From an uncultured Caldilineaceae bacterium (GTDB lineage: Bacteria > Chloroflexota > Anaerolineae > Caldilineales > Caldilineaceae), in assembly GCA_942490705.1 (NCBI GenBank), contig CALNXY010000002.1:103980-167979 (forward strand): DNA of 64,000 nt. The letters are read 5' to 3'. Numbering within the stretch: the stretch's first letter is position 1; each line of letters opens with the position of its first letter. Below, in pieces: positions 1 to 8,871 of this stretch. The notes under the pieces were generated by a model. That model was not told the DNA's origin and made no database searches. It was given only the letters and a program-made list of their open reading frames with translations. The translations under genes were made by a program, and so were the position numbers.

Positions 1-42
1 AGAATGTAGAGGCTGCGGCGCAGTAGTGCGGATACGGTTGTA

Positions 43-69
43 GGGAGGTGGGGAAGTAGGGAAGTAGGG
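43..69 (+). other. G-quadruplex-type motif (GGG-N4-GGGG-N5-GGG-N5-GGG)
   Basis: The sequence GGGAGGTGGGGAAGTAGGGAAGTAGGG read directly. It includes an AAGTAGGG x2 direct repeat at 54..69. Confidence 0.4.
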
Positions 70-99
70 TATCAAGACTTTAGCGAGTCAGAAGAACCA

Positions 100-131
100 C
101 CCTACTCCCCCACAACCCTACTGCCCCACAA
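100..131 (+). repeat. Tandem 16-bp C-rich direct repeat (CCCTACTNCCCCACAA x2)
   Basis: Positions 100..115 and 116..131 differ at one position. The repeat is partly complementary to the G-rich block at 37..70. Confidence 0.6.
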
Positions 132-171
132 CCCCCTCGCCCCACTCCTCGACCCTGTACGGAGTTCAACC

Positions 172-1221
172 ATGTCTGAATCAATCATCGACATCAGCAG
201 GCGCTTCTTTACCGAGATTGTCGAGCCTATTCTGGCCGACCAGTTTCCCGATGAGCTGGCTGCCGGCGCGTTTGGCGTCTTTGGTCACGGCTCCGAGGCG
301 CTGCGCATGGACGATGAGTACTCCAGCGATCATCACTGGGGATTGCGAATCGACGCCCTTTTTCCCGACGAGATCTACGAGCTTCGGGGCGAAGAGATGC
401 GCGACGCCGTCAGCGCTCGTCTGCCGGCGGAGTTCGAAGGCCATTCGCTGCGACAGGCTCATGTCGCCGGGTCGGGTTTCGCGCCGGAGAGTCGGCAGGC
501 TTTTTTGCAGCGAACAATCGGCCTGGATCATGCGCCCGAAACCTATGCCGAGTGGCTGCAGATTCCGGAAGAAGATATCATTCACGTCATCAACGGTGAG
601 GTCTGGCGTGATGACACGGATGAGTTCCGCAAGGTACGGACGACGTTGGCCGCCTACTATCCGGAGCCGGTCCGCCTGCGCCGCATCGCCCACTGGTGCC
701 GCTACTATTCCGGCATGGGCGCCTACGCGCTGCAGCGCGCCATTTTGCGCGACAATGAGTATTACGCCAACATCACCTTCACGCGGGCGATTCGTTTGGC
801 CGTCCAACTGGCCTTTCTCCTCGAACGACGCTACTTTCCCTACGACAAGTGGACGTACGCACGCTTCACGGAACTGCCGCGCCTGGCCGCACCCATGCAG
901 CCGCTGGTAGATGAGGCCGTCAAGCTCTCTACGCCTTGGGAACGTAAACTCGAGTTGTTGAATGAAATCTCTGATGTGCTCGACGCATTCATGGTTGCGG
1001 ATGGCGTGATTCAGCCACACGAACCCTTCGCAGCGTCGCCTACCTCCGGCTATCGTGTGTTGGAGCATGCTTACGCTGAAATCATCCACGGCCTGGCTGA
1101 TGACCTCAAGCCCATTGTGCCGATCTGGGACCAGATTCATTTTGAGTCGTTTCACAGTCAATTTGTGGATCGTATCGAGTTGGAGACTTGGGATCGGATG
1201 ATACTGTTGAAAAATGATTAG
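172..1221 (+). CDS. DUF4037-like domain protein, function unknown
   Basis: 349-aa ORF filling the interval. The longer antisense ORF 181..1317 looks like a GC shadow. N-terminal GVFGHGSE...DEYSDHHWG pattern recalls DUF4037/nucleotidyltransferase-associated proteins (from memory, no search). Confidence 0.55.
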   Translation: MSESIIDISRRFFTEIVEPILADQFPDELAAGAFGVFGHGSEALRMDDEYSSDHHWGLRIDALFPDEIYELRGEEMRDAVSARLPAEFEGHSLRQAHVAGSGFAPESRQAFLQRTIGLDHAPETYAEWLQIPEEDIIHVINGEVWRDDTDEFRKVRTTLAAYYPEPVRLRRIAHWCRYYSGMGAYALQRAILRDNEYYANITFTRAIRLAVQLAFLLERRYFPYDKWTYARFTELPRLAAPMQPLVDEAVKLSTPWERKLELLNEISDVLDAFMVADGVIQPHEPFAASPTSGYRVLEHAYAEIIHGLADDLKPIVPIWDQIHFESFHSQFVDRIELETWDRMILLKND

Positions 1222-1239
1222 CGCGTAGCGCGCACGAGT

Positions 1240-2247
1240 TTGATGAATTTGGACTACAAAACTATGAATGGTAAAGAACGGATCCTCGCGACCATCAACC
1301 GTCAGCCGGTGGATCAAACGCCGCTCGACTGCATGCTCTATCAGAAACAGTTTGTCGAACTGCTCGCCGAGGCCTATGGCCCCCGTGAGCAGTTTTTAGA
1401 TGAATTCAACATCGACGTCTTTGCCGGCTTCGTCCCCTACCCCAACCAGTTTGGCCGCAAGCTCGACATCGATGAACTGGCCGATGCCGACCTGGGTGAT
1501 CCGACCGACCGCAGGTGGGTGGCCCACGAAGATTGGAACCCTGATTTTGCCGGCGTCAACGTCGTCGAAGCGGTCGATTGGTATGGCGACAAGCGGGCGA
1601 TTCGCGCCCACCTTTGGGGCATTGTGGAGGGGACGAGCACCTTCCTCGGTATCGAAAACTGTTGGCGCTATCTGGCCGAGCAACCGGCACTCATGACCGC
1701 CTTTTTTGACCGCTATGCCGACTGGCTCTGCGGTTTGGTCGATAGCTGCGTCGACAGCGGCGTTGATCTCGTTACGCTCTCCGACGATTGGGGCAGCAAT
1801 GGCACGATGCTCTTTTCGCCGCGCATGTGGCGTCGCATGATCCGTCCCTACACGGAACGCGTTGTCCAGCACGCCGAGAGCCGCAACTGCCCGGTGATGC
1901 TCCACAGCGATGGCTACATCATGCAGATCATGCCCGATGTCGTGGAAATGGGCTTTGCCATGCTCCATCCTGTGCAGGAAAGCTCCGGCATGGATCCGCA
2001 GACGATCAAGGACGAGTACGGCGACAAGTTCGTCATCTATGGCGCACTGGATGTCGTAGACGGGCTCTACAAATACGAAGGTGAAGAACTGGACGAGTAC
2101 ATCACACAGCGCTTCCAGGTTTATGCGCCGGGCGGCGGTTTTGTCTTCTGTACCGGCCACTTCGTGCAGCCGGACGTACCGCCCGAGCGGCTGGTGCGCG
2201 CCTATACGTTAGCCAATCAACTCGCGCAACAGTATGGTACCCAATGA
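1240..2247 (+). CDS. Uroporphyrinogen decarboxylase (URO-D) family protein, MtaA/CmuA-like
   Basis: 335-aa ORF. N-terminal ...RILATINRQPVDQTPLD... and C-terminal ...GGGFVFCTGHFVQPDVP... are typical of the URO-D fold family. The stop overlaps the next start (ATGA at 2244-2247), suggesting translational coupling. Confidence 0.7.
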   Translation: MMNLDYKTMNGKERILATINRQPVDQTPLDCMLYQKQFVELLAEAYGPREQFLDEFNIDVFAGFVPYPNQFGRKLDIDELADADLGDPTDRRWVAHEDWNPDFAGVNVVEAVDWYGDKRAIRAHLWGIVEGTSTFLGIENCWRYLAEQPALMTAFFDRYADWLCGLVDSCVDSGVDLVTLSDDWGSNGTMLFSPRMWRRMIRPYTERVVQHAESRNCPVMLHSDGYIMQIMPDVVEMGFAMLHPVQESSGMDPQTIKDEYGDKFVIYGALDVVDGLYKYEGEELDEYITQRFQVYAPGGGFVFCTGHFVQPDVPPERLVRAYTLANQLAQQYGTQ

Positions 2248-4370
2248 CGGACGAACTCGCGCCGCTGCAGCAGGCCGTTTGGATCGGCTCCAGCCATCCG
2301 TTTGATCTGCATGAAGTTTATCTCTGCTTTCGTTCGCCAGTCATCACGCTTTCTTCCGTTCTGCCCGCAGCGGCCGACCTGCTGATCTCCGGCGACAGTC
2401 GCTACAAGCTCTGGGTGAATGGTCGCTTTGTCGCCCGCGGTCCCGAACGCTGCTACCCCTTTCAGCAAGCAATTGATCGGCTTGACCTCCTCCCTTTTCT
2501 GCAGCCCGGCGAAAATCGTCTCGCGGTTCAGCTCTATCAACCAGGCTATTCCCACTTCTCGTATCTGCATCGCGGCGCTGCTGGTCTGATTGCCGCGTTC
2601 GTCTGCGATGGCGAGACGCAGCTGGTCACGGATACGGGATGGCGCGTGCGGCGCGACCCATCATGGTCGTCGCAGACTGAGCGCATCTCCATCTACGGCA
2701 GTGGCGTGGAACTGCGCGATTACCACCTGACCGACGACTGGCTGGAGTCGGCCTATAACGACGCAAGCTGGGAGCAGGCGCGCGTGGTTGCCCTGCCCGG
2801 CATGAGTCCTTGGCCAGGCTTCCAACCGCGCACCATGCCGTTACTCAATGAACGTAATGAGCCGCTATTGCCCACAGCAAGCCGGCGCGGCCCCGCGTCT
2901 CAAGATGCGGATCCTCACGCTGCTCTACGCAATGGATGGTTCGCAGCGGAAGCGGCCCCTGTCGACTGTGACGACGATGGCTGGATTGCCGCTACGCTTG
3001 CTGCGGACGAAGCCGGCTATTGGCTCTGCGACCTCAGACGGAGCCACACGTGTCAGGGTGTCATGTCGGTGCGTGGCGCAAGCGGGCACGAGACAGTGCG
3101 CATTAGCTATGCTGAAAAAATACGTGATGGCGAGCTGGTCATTTCCGACCCGGCAACCTACTGTCGCGTGCGCATGACCGATCTCTTTCATCTCCGTCCC
3201 GGCGATCAGGCGGTGGCCACGTTTGCCCTGCGCGGCGGGCGCTATCTGATTTTTCAGCTCGAAGGGCCTTGCGATCCCGGTCTGGAACTGCGCCTGAGTG
3301 TACGGGTGAGCGAATATCCGCTTGAGCGCTCCAAACCCCTTCCGCCAGATGGGCGTATCGCCTTTGATGATCCTATTCTGTCAGATGTCGCCACCATGTG
3401 TGAAGCGACGCTTGCCGCCTGCCTACAGGACAGCTTCATCGATTGCGGCTGGCGCGAAAACTCGCAGTGGCTGGGCGACGCCCTCCCGCAAGCGCTCATC
3501 CTTGCAGCCATCAGCGACGACGTGCGCCCCCTGCGCAAGGCGATTACCATGGCTGCGGCCGGCGCCTACCCTGACGGCATCCTGCCCAGCATCCTGCCGG
3601 GTGAAGTCCATGCCTATGCCGTGCTTGACTATAACTTTGTCTGGGTGGAATTGCTGACGCTCTATCTCAAGCTAACCGGTGATCGGGAGCTGGTCATGCA
3701 GCTTTGGCCGACCCTGGCGCGCATGCTCGATCGCTTTGACGCCGATGTCGCCAGCGATCAGCTGATTCGCAGCCAGCCCGGCCGGCGGCTCTTTCTGGAT
3801 TGGGCGCCCCTTTCGCGTGCGGAACCCAATGCACTCTACAATTTGCGCTACCTCCATGCGCTGCAACTGTCCGTCACCCTGGCGCGCAGTCTGGCCGGTT
3901 GTGACGTCGAAGCGATGCTCTGGTCATCGCGTGTTCAGCTCTTGCAGCAGGCCATCGTCGCCACCTTTTGGCAGGATGAGCGCTGGCTTGATGATCCCGC
4001 AGGGACGACTTTCTCGCAGCACAGCGCAGCCTTCGCCCTGCTGACCGACTTGACGCCCTCTGCCTCTGTCGCCGCGCAGTTGGATGCGCTTGCCGCCCGG
4101 TCACTCGATCCCGATGATGAGGCCCGCCCGGATCAGATGGTGTTGGCCAGCCCCTTCATGCATCACTATGTCTTCGAAGCGCTGCGCAAACATGGCCGTG
4201 ATAGGGCTGTCCTCAACATTATTCGCCTGCGCTGGGGGCGGTGGACTGAAGCCGGCTACCCGACGACGTGGGAGAACTGGAACGTTGATTTTCCAGACGG
4301 CTCCCAAAGCCATGCATTTTCTGCGCATCCGCGCTATCATTTAGCAGAGATTGTTAAGTCCGCGGGCTGA
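2244..4370 (+). CDS. Alpha-L-rhamnosidase-like glycoside hydrolase (GH78-like, six-hairpin)
   Basis: 708-aa ORF. The SGDSRYKLWVNGRFVARGP segment resembles the bacterial rhamnosidase N-terminal domain. IDCGWRENSQWLGDA resembles the GH78 DCPxR(D/E)ERxGWxGD catalytic-domain motif. Neighbouring rhamnose genes support the call. Confidence 0.6.
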   Translation: MTDELAPLQQAVWIGSSHPFDLHEVYLCFRSPVITLSSVLPAAADLLISGDSRYKLWVNGRFVARGPERCYPFQQAIDRLDLLPFLQPGENRLAVQLYQPGYSHFSYLHRGAAGLIAAFVCDGETQLVTDTGWRVRRDPSWSSQTERISIYGSGVELRDYHLTDDWLESAYNDASWEQARVVALPGMSPWPGFQPRTMPLLNERNEPLLPTASRRGPASQDADPHAALRNGWFAAEAAPVDCDDDGWIAATLAADEAGYWLCDLRRSHTCQGVMSVRGASGHETVRISYAEKIRDGELVISDPATYCRVRMTDLFHLRPGDQAVATFALRGGRYLIFQLEGPCDPGLELRLSVRVSEYPLERSKPLPPDGRIAFDDPILSDVATMCEATLAACLQDSFIDCGWRENSQWLGDALPQALILAAISDDVRPLRKAITMAAAGAYPDGILPSILPGEVHAYAVLDYNFVWVELLTLYLKLTGDRELVMQLWPTLARMLDRFDADVASDQLIRSQPGRRLFLDWAPLSRAEPNALYNLRYLHALQLSVTLARSLAGCDVEAMLWSSRVQLLQQAIVATFWQDERWLDDPAGTTFSQHSAAFALLTDLTPSASVAAQLDALAARSLDPDDEARPDQMVLASPFMHHYVFEALRKHGRDRAVLNIIRLRWGRWTEAGYPTTWENWNVDFPDGSQSHAFSAHPRYHLAEIVKSAG

Positions 4371-4440
4371 CAGGAGACTCACAATTCCCTGTACAGTTGT
4401 GCCTCAGAATCGAATTGACATAACACAAAGGATTGAGAAA

Positions 4441-5220
4441 ATGGAATCACTACTTCAAGAACTGGTTACCATGTCCCATACGCTGGGCGATCCGGCCAAG
4501 GAACAGGTGATTTTGGGCGAGGGGAATACTTCCGCCCGGATTGACAACGAAGCTTTCTACGTCAAGGCGAGCGGCTATAGTTTGCCCGTGATTGGGGAAG
4601 AAGGCTTTGTGCGCGTCAATTTTCAGGCCGCGCTCGACCTGATGGAGCAGGAAGGGTTGAGTGATATGGAAGTGAAAGAAGCATTGCTGGCGGCGACGGT
4701 CGACAACCCCAAGCAGCTCTGGCCGTCAGTCGAGACCACTTTCCATGCGCTCTGCCTGACGCTCGGCGAGGCTGCCTTTGTCGGTCACACGCACCCGATC
4801 GACGTCAACGGGCTGCTCTGCTCCGTCAATGCAGAGGAAGCCTTCGCCATGCCCCTCTTTCCTGACCAGATTGTGGTCTGCGGCCCCGCTCCTGCCTTTG
4901 TGCCCTATGTCGATCCCGGCATCACCCTCGCCAACGCAATTCGCGAGGCCATGATGCGCTTTGGCGATACCTATAACATGCCGCCCAAGGTGATTGTGCT
5001 CCAGAATCATGGCATGATCGCGCTGGGCAAGTCAGCACAAGAGGTTGCCAGCATCACGGCTATGTTTACCAAGACCGCGCGTACACTACTTGGCGCGTAT
5101 GCGGCCGGCGGTCCAAATTTCATGACGCAGGAGAATGTAGACCGCATCTTCTCGCGGCCGGACGAGCACTATCGACAGCGGGTGCTGGGTCTGACGGTTG
5201 ACTCACCCGGTGATGCCTGA
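4441..5220 (+). CDS. Class II aldolase/adducin family protein, rhamnulose-1-phosphate aldolase-like (RhaE-type)
   Basis: The ORF 4351..5220 was trimmed to the ATG at 4441 (MESLLQ), which follows an AAGGA-like RBS. GEGNTSAR...VKASG and the GHTHP metal-binding motif are typical of class II aldolases and of the aldolase half of RhaEW. Confidence 0.7.
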   Translation: MESLLQELVTMSHTLGDPAKEQVILGEGNTSARIDNEAFYVKASGYSLPVIGEEGFVRVNFQAALDLMEQEGLSDMEVKEALLAATVDNPKQLWPSVETTFHALCLTLGEAAFVGHTHPIDVNGLLCSVNAEEAFAMPLFPDQIVVCGPAPAFVPYVDPGITLANAIREAMMRFGDTYNMPPKVIVLQNHGMIALGKSAQEVASITAMFTKTARTLLGAYAAGGPNFMTQENVDRIFSRPDEHYRQRVLGLTVDSPGDA

Positions 5221-5298
5221 TTTGCACTGTTCCTGCAGCCAATTCTTCTCGAAACACGACCGAATTCTGCGACCAAATCTCGATTAAAGGAGCATCTA

Positions 5299-6540
5299 AT
5301 GAATCACAAAGCAGCTTACGAAATCCTAGCGGAAGCGCTTGAAATGCAAGGCATCGACGTTGAGTCGGTCAAGGCCGCATTGAAAGCCCAGCATATTGAA
5401 ACGCCTTCCTGGGGCTACGCCAATTCGGGCACGCGCTTTAAGGCCTTTGCCTGGCCCGGCGCAGCCACGACCACGCGTGAGAAGATCGACGACGCCGCCA
5501 TGGTCCATAAAATGACCGGCATTGCGCCCAGCGTGGCCGTGCACATTCCCTGGGACAAGCCGGAGGATGGCGACTACGACGCCTTCAGCCAATACGCCCA
5601 AGAGCAGGGCGTGGCGATTGGCGCAGTCAACCCCAATGTCTTTCAGGATGACGAATACCGCCTCGGCTCGCTGGGCAGTCCGGACCCTGGCGTGCAGGAG
5701 CAGGCGCTCGATCACATTCTCGAATGCTGCATGATCATGGAGAAGCTGCACAGCGACGCCCTGAGCCTCTGGTTCGCCGACGGCACCAACTATGCCGGTC
5801 AGGACTCACTGCGCGGGCGCAAGCGTCGCTTCGAACGTCATCTCAAAACCGTCTATGGGCATCTGCCCCCCGACAGCCGCATGCTCATCGAGTACAAGTT
5901 TTTTGAACCGGCTTTCTACAGCACCGATTTGCCCGACTGGGGCACTGCCTATGCCTGGGCGCTCAAGTGCGGGCCCCAGGCTCAGGTGCTGGTTGACTTG
6001 GGGCATCACGCCCAGGGCGTCAACATCGAACAGATCGTCGCCTTCCTATTGGATGAAGGCCGGCTGGGCGGCTTCCACTTCAACAATCGCAAATATGCCG
6101 ATGATGACCTGATCGTGGGCAGCGTCAATCCCTATGAACTCTACCTGATTTATGCGGAGTTGGCGGGTGCTGAACTTGGCGATGATGAGCCGGCCAAGAC
6201 TACGGCTCAGAATGTGGCCTACATGCTCGACCAGTGCCACAACATCGAGGGCAAGCTGGCGCCCATCATCTATTCGGTGATCAACTGCCAGGAAGCGTAC
6301 GCCAAGGCGCTCTGCCTGCCCCGTGGGCAACTTCAGGCTGCCCAAGAGGGTGGCGAGGTGCTGCTGGCCCATGAGATCATGACCGACGCCTTCCGCACCG
6401 ATGTGCGACCGCTGCTGATGCAGGTACGCGAAGAGTTGGGCGCGCCCACCGATCCGCTTGCCGCCTATCGCAGCAGCGGGTATGAGGAGAAGATTCTCAA
6501 AGAGCGTGGGGTGAAGGACGCGAGCGGCGGCTTCCAGTAG
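5299..6540 (+). CDS. rhaI: L-rhamnose isomerase, RhaI type (xylose-isomerase-like TIM barrel)
   Basis: 413-aa ORF with AAAGGAG upstream. The N-terminus ...[18 protein letters not shown]... and overall length match the non-enterobacterial L-rhamnose isomerase family as I remember it. Confidence 0.75.
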   Translation: MNHKAAYEILAEALEMQGIDVESVKAALKAQHIETPSWGYANSGTRFKAFAWPGAATTTREKIDDAAMVHKMTGIAPSVAVHIPWDKPEDGDYDAFSQYAQEQGVAIGAVNPNVFQDDEYRLGSLGSPDPGVQEQALDHILECCMIMEKLHSDALSLWFADGTNYAGQDSLRGRKRRFERHLKTVYGHLPPDSRMLIEYKFFEPAFYSTDLPDWGTAYAWALKCGPQAQVLVDLGHHAQGVNIEQIVAFLLDEGRLGGFHFNNRKYADDDLIVGSVNPYELYLIYAELAGAELGDDEPAKTTAQNVAYMLDQCHNIEGKLAPIIYSVINCQEAYAKALCLPRGQLQAAQEGGEVLLAHEIMTDAFRTDVRPLLMQVREELGAPTDPLAAYRSSGYEEKILKERGVKDASGGFQ

Positions 6541-6558
6541 CCACCAGCATAAGATGGG

Positions 6559-6607
6559 GTGCATGCGAGTCCGATGATGATCCGCCTGCCAGTGGGCTCG
6601 CATGCAC
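6559..6607. terminator. Perfect 11-bp inverted repeat between convergent genes (candidate bidirectional terminator or protein-binding site)
   Basis: GTGCATGCGAG (6559..6569) pairs with CTCGCATGCAC (6597..6607) across a 27-nt loop. There is no flanking U-tract. Confidence 0.35.
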
Positions 6608-6612
6608 TACGA

Positions 6613-6648
6613 TTTCGGAGAAAACCATGATTTCGGAGAAAATCATGA
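6613..6648. repeat. Tandem 18-bp direct repeat x2
   Basis: TTTCGGAGAAAACCATGA / TTTCGGAGAAAATCATGA, 17 of 18 identical, in the rhaI/DSD1 convergent spacer. Confidence 0.7.
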
Positions 6649-6747
6649 CCTCTCCTGGCCATGAAGCCTTTCGGATGATGACGCCAGCGTAGCCCCGTGT
6701 GCAGCACGTTCCGGGCGCTCAGTTTTTGCGCAGCGCTTGTAAGCCGG

Positions 6748-7836
6748 CTAGCGAATCTTACCGCGTGCCAGGATTGGCCAAACTGCCTCGACCACGTCAT
6801 TGCGCATGGCGTATAGATTGTCGTGCAGAACGACCGTAGTGTCTCCGTAACCGGGAACGAAATCAAAACGGTCGCCCACCTCGATCGAATCGTTCTCTTC
6901 TGTCAATGTGATGATGCCGTGTTCGGCTGACAAGACCATGTCATCTACATTCGGAATGCCGATGGGCGCCGGCGTGTTGATCCAACGCGGCAACGTCTTA
7001 AACCCGGCATCAACGATGATGCGGGTGGGTGCTGGGCAGCTGGTCACTGCGCTATGGACAAAAAGGGCCTGACGAGTTGCAACCTTCCAACCGCGATAGG
7101 TCATATCATTGAAGACTGCAGCCCCGGCCTCGATTTCAGTTATCCCGGGTTCTCGCGCCGTCATGACAAATGTTCCGCTACCGCCACAGCTGAGGATGTC
7201 AATCTCTATCCCTGCCTGCCGGCACAAATCGGCGCTCTCACGCAGTTGCCCAATCGCTTCGCTGATTGCCTGCCGCTTGGCAGACGGATCTTCGATGCCT
7301 AGCGTATGCCCTTCCCAGGTCATGAGGCCGCGCAGCTGTAGGCCAGGATAAAGGGCAATCGCTTCTGCCAGGGCAAGGGTCGCCGCCCCGGGCTGCACAC
7401 CCGCTCGGTCCATGCCCGTATTGACCTCGATTACCACTCCAATCAGAACATTGTGGGCCAAGGCGCTTGCGTTCAATCCGGCTAACGTGGCCGTGCTGTC
7501 AATGGCCACCTTTACATCGGTCGTGCGACAGAGGCTTGCCAGGCGAGCATACTTACGCTCCCCCACGATCTGATTGGCGATCAGCATGTCGCGTACCCCG
7601 GCAGCGGCCATCACCTCGGCCTCTCCCAGCTTGGCGCAGGTCAGCCCTATGGCGCCGGCGCGAAGGAGCATGTGGGCAATGGCTGGAACCTTGATCCCTT
7701 TAATATGCGGTCGCCAGTTGACGCCATTTTCGCGAAAATAGGCGGCGAGCTGGGCGATATTCTCCTCCAGCGCATCCAGATCCACCCACAAGAACGGCGT
7801 GTCAACCTCTGACTTATTCAGACCAACTTCGCTCAC
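6748..7836 (-). CDS. DSD1-family PLP enzyme (D-serine dehydratase-like / D-threonine aldolase-like, alanine-racemase N-terminal fold)
   Basis: 362-aa ORF. The WRPHIKGIK segment carries the candidate PLP lysine. The C-terminal ...GDRFDFVPGYGDTTV... resembles the D-serine dehydratase-like domain. Confidence 0.7.
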   Translation of the reverse strand: MSEVGLNKSEVDTPFLWVDLDALEENIAQLAAYFRENGVNWRPHIKGIKVPAIAHMLLRAGAIGLTCAKLGEAEVMAAAGVRDMLIANQIVGERKYARLASLCRTTDVKVAIDSTATLAGLNASALAHNVLIGVVIEVNTGMDRAGVQPGAATLALAEAIALYPGLQLRGLMTWEGHTLGIEDPSAKRQAISEAIGQLRESADLCRQAGIEIDILSCGGSGTFVMTAREPGITEIEAGAAVFNDMTYRGWKVATRQALFVHSAVTSCPAPTRIIVDAGFKTLPRWINTPAPIGIPNVDDMVLSAEHGIITLTEENDSIEVGDRFDFVPGYGDTTVVLHDNLYAMRNDVVEAVWPILARGKIR

Positions 7837-7851
7837 AGTGTAGCTCCTCGC

Positions 7852-8868
7852 TTACGCGTCCAGGAGACGCATTGCATTCCAGTAGAAGATATCGTTGATC
7901 TGGCTTCTGGCCAATTTGAGACGCCAGCACGCCAACCGCAATGCCCGCAATGACTCCAACCCGATCAGCACGGGCTGCAGTGTCGCGTGCTTTTCGTCCA
8001 AATCGAGTTCATCATGATATATCCAATGAAACGAGTCGCCAATGGCCACACAGCGGCCGCGCAGGTGGCTGACGGGGAAATCGGTGCCGTACAGAAGGCG
8101 CTCATGGCCCATGACATCGACGATTGCCTCGAACGCCCCCGCTTCGGTGACCGCAGACGTGTCGAACCAGACATTTTGTAAGCCCCGTAGGCTGTGGATG
8201 CCCTCGATCGTATGCCAGGGATTGAAGCCGCGGGCCGCATGAGCCAGAATGAGACGCATGTTGGGGTACCGCTCGCAGGAGCGTCGAATGGCGGCCTGGT
8301 TCATCGGATCGGCCAAGGCTCGATCACGCACCATATGGAGCGTAACCGTCAGCCCTTCCTGGTGTGCGAACTGCATCTGTGCTTCCGGTAGATAGGCTTC
8401 GATCGGCGCTTCAAAGGTCGGACCATTCACTTCTGCCATGGTGTGATAGCATTTTAACCCGACCATCCGCTCTCCGCTGAGGCCGGCCTTGATCGTGTCC
8501 GGGTCGTCGCTCGGCGCGATAACCAACTGGCCGAAACAGCGACGCCGAAAGGCCTCATCGATCTCTGGGGAATCAATTTCTGCACGGACGAAGGCATTGT
8601 TGCCCGCTCGATCCCCGAGAAAGGCCAGTCCGAAAAAGAGTCCACCCTTGGTCCGACCCTCCGGGTGCAGCCAGTCCATATAGCGATGATAGGCCGTCAT
8701 GTCGAGTCTCTCGGGCATCTTTGCGAGACTTGACGGCACGTTGCCGTCAGGGTAATGGACATGGGCGAAGAGGTGAGCGTGAGCGTCGAAAATTTGGTCC
8801 GGTAGAAAATCGGCTAAATCGCGTCTGTAGAATTCACGGTCTGCTGCATTCTGTTGCCAAATCGGCAT
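7852..8868 (-). CDS. Amidohydrolase_2 family metal-dependent hydrolase (lactonase/decarboxylase-type)
   Basis: 338-aa ORF with DAHAHLF (HxH), LAHAARG and GTDFPV motifs typical of the COG3618/COG2159 amidohydrolases. Confidence 0.65.
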   Translation of the reverse strand: MPIWQQNAADREFYRRDLADFLPDQIFDAHAHLFAHVHYPDGNVPSSLAKMPERLDMTAYHRYMDWLHPEGRTKGGLFFGLAFLGDRAGNNAFVRAEIDSPEIDEAFRRRCFGQLVIAPSDDPDTIKAGLSGERMVGLKCYHTMAEVNGPTFEAPIEAYLPEAQMQFAHQEGLTVTLHMVRDRALADPMNQAAIRRSCERYPNMRLILAHAARGFNPWHTIEGIHSLRGLQNVWFDTSAVTEAGAFEAIVDVMGHERLLYGTDFPVSHLRGRCVAIGDSFHWIYHDELDLDEKHATLQPVLIGLESLRALRLACWRLKLARSQINDIFYWNAMRLLDA

Positions 8869-8871
8869 GGC

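Noticed and set aside
181-1317. 378-aa minus-strand ORF, longer than the plus-strand gene it overlaps
   Set aside because: The translation is Arg/Gly/Val-rich with no motifs and lies antisense to a coherent ORF. This is typical GC-rich shadow-frame behaviour.
6613-6648. Possible CRISPR-like or satellite repeat
   Set aside because: There are only two directly abutting 18-bp copies with no spacers, and no cas genes anywhere in the window.
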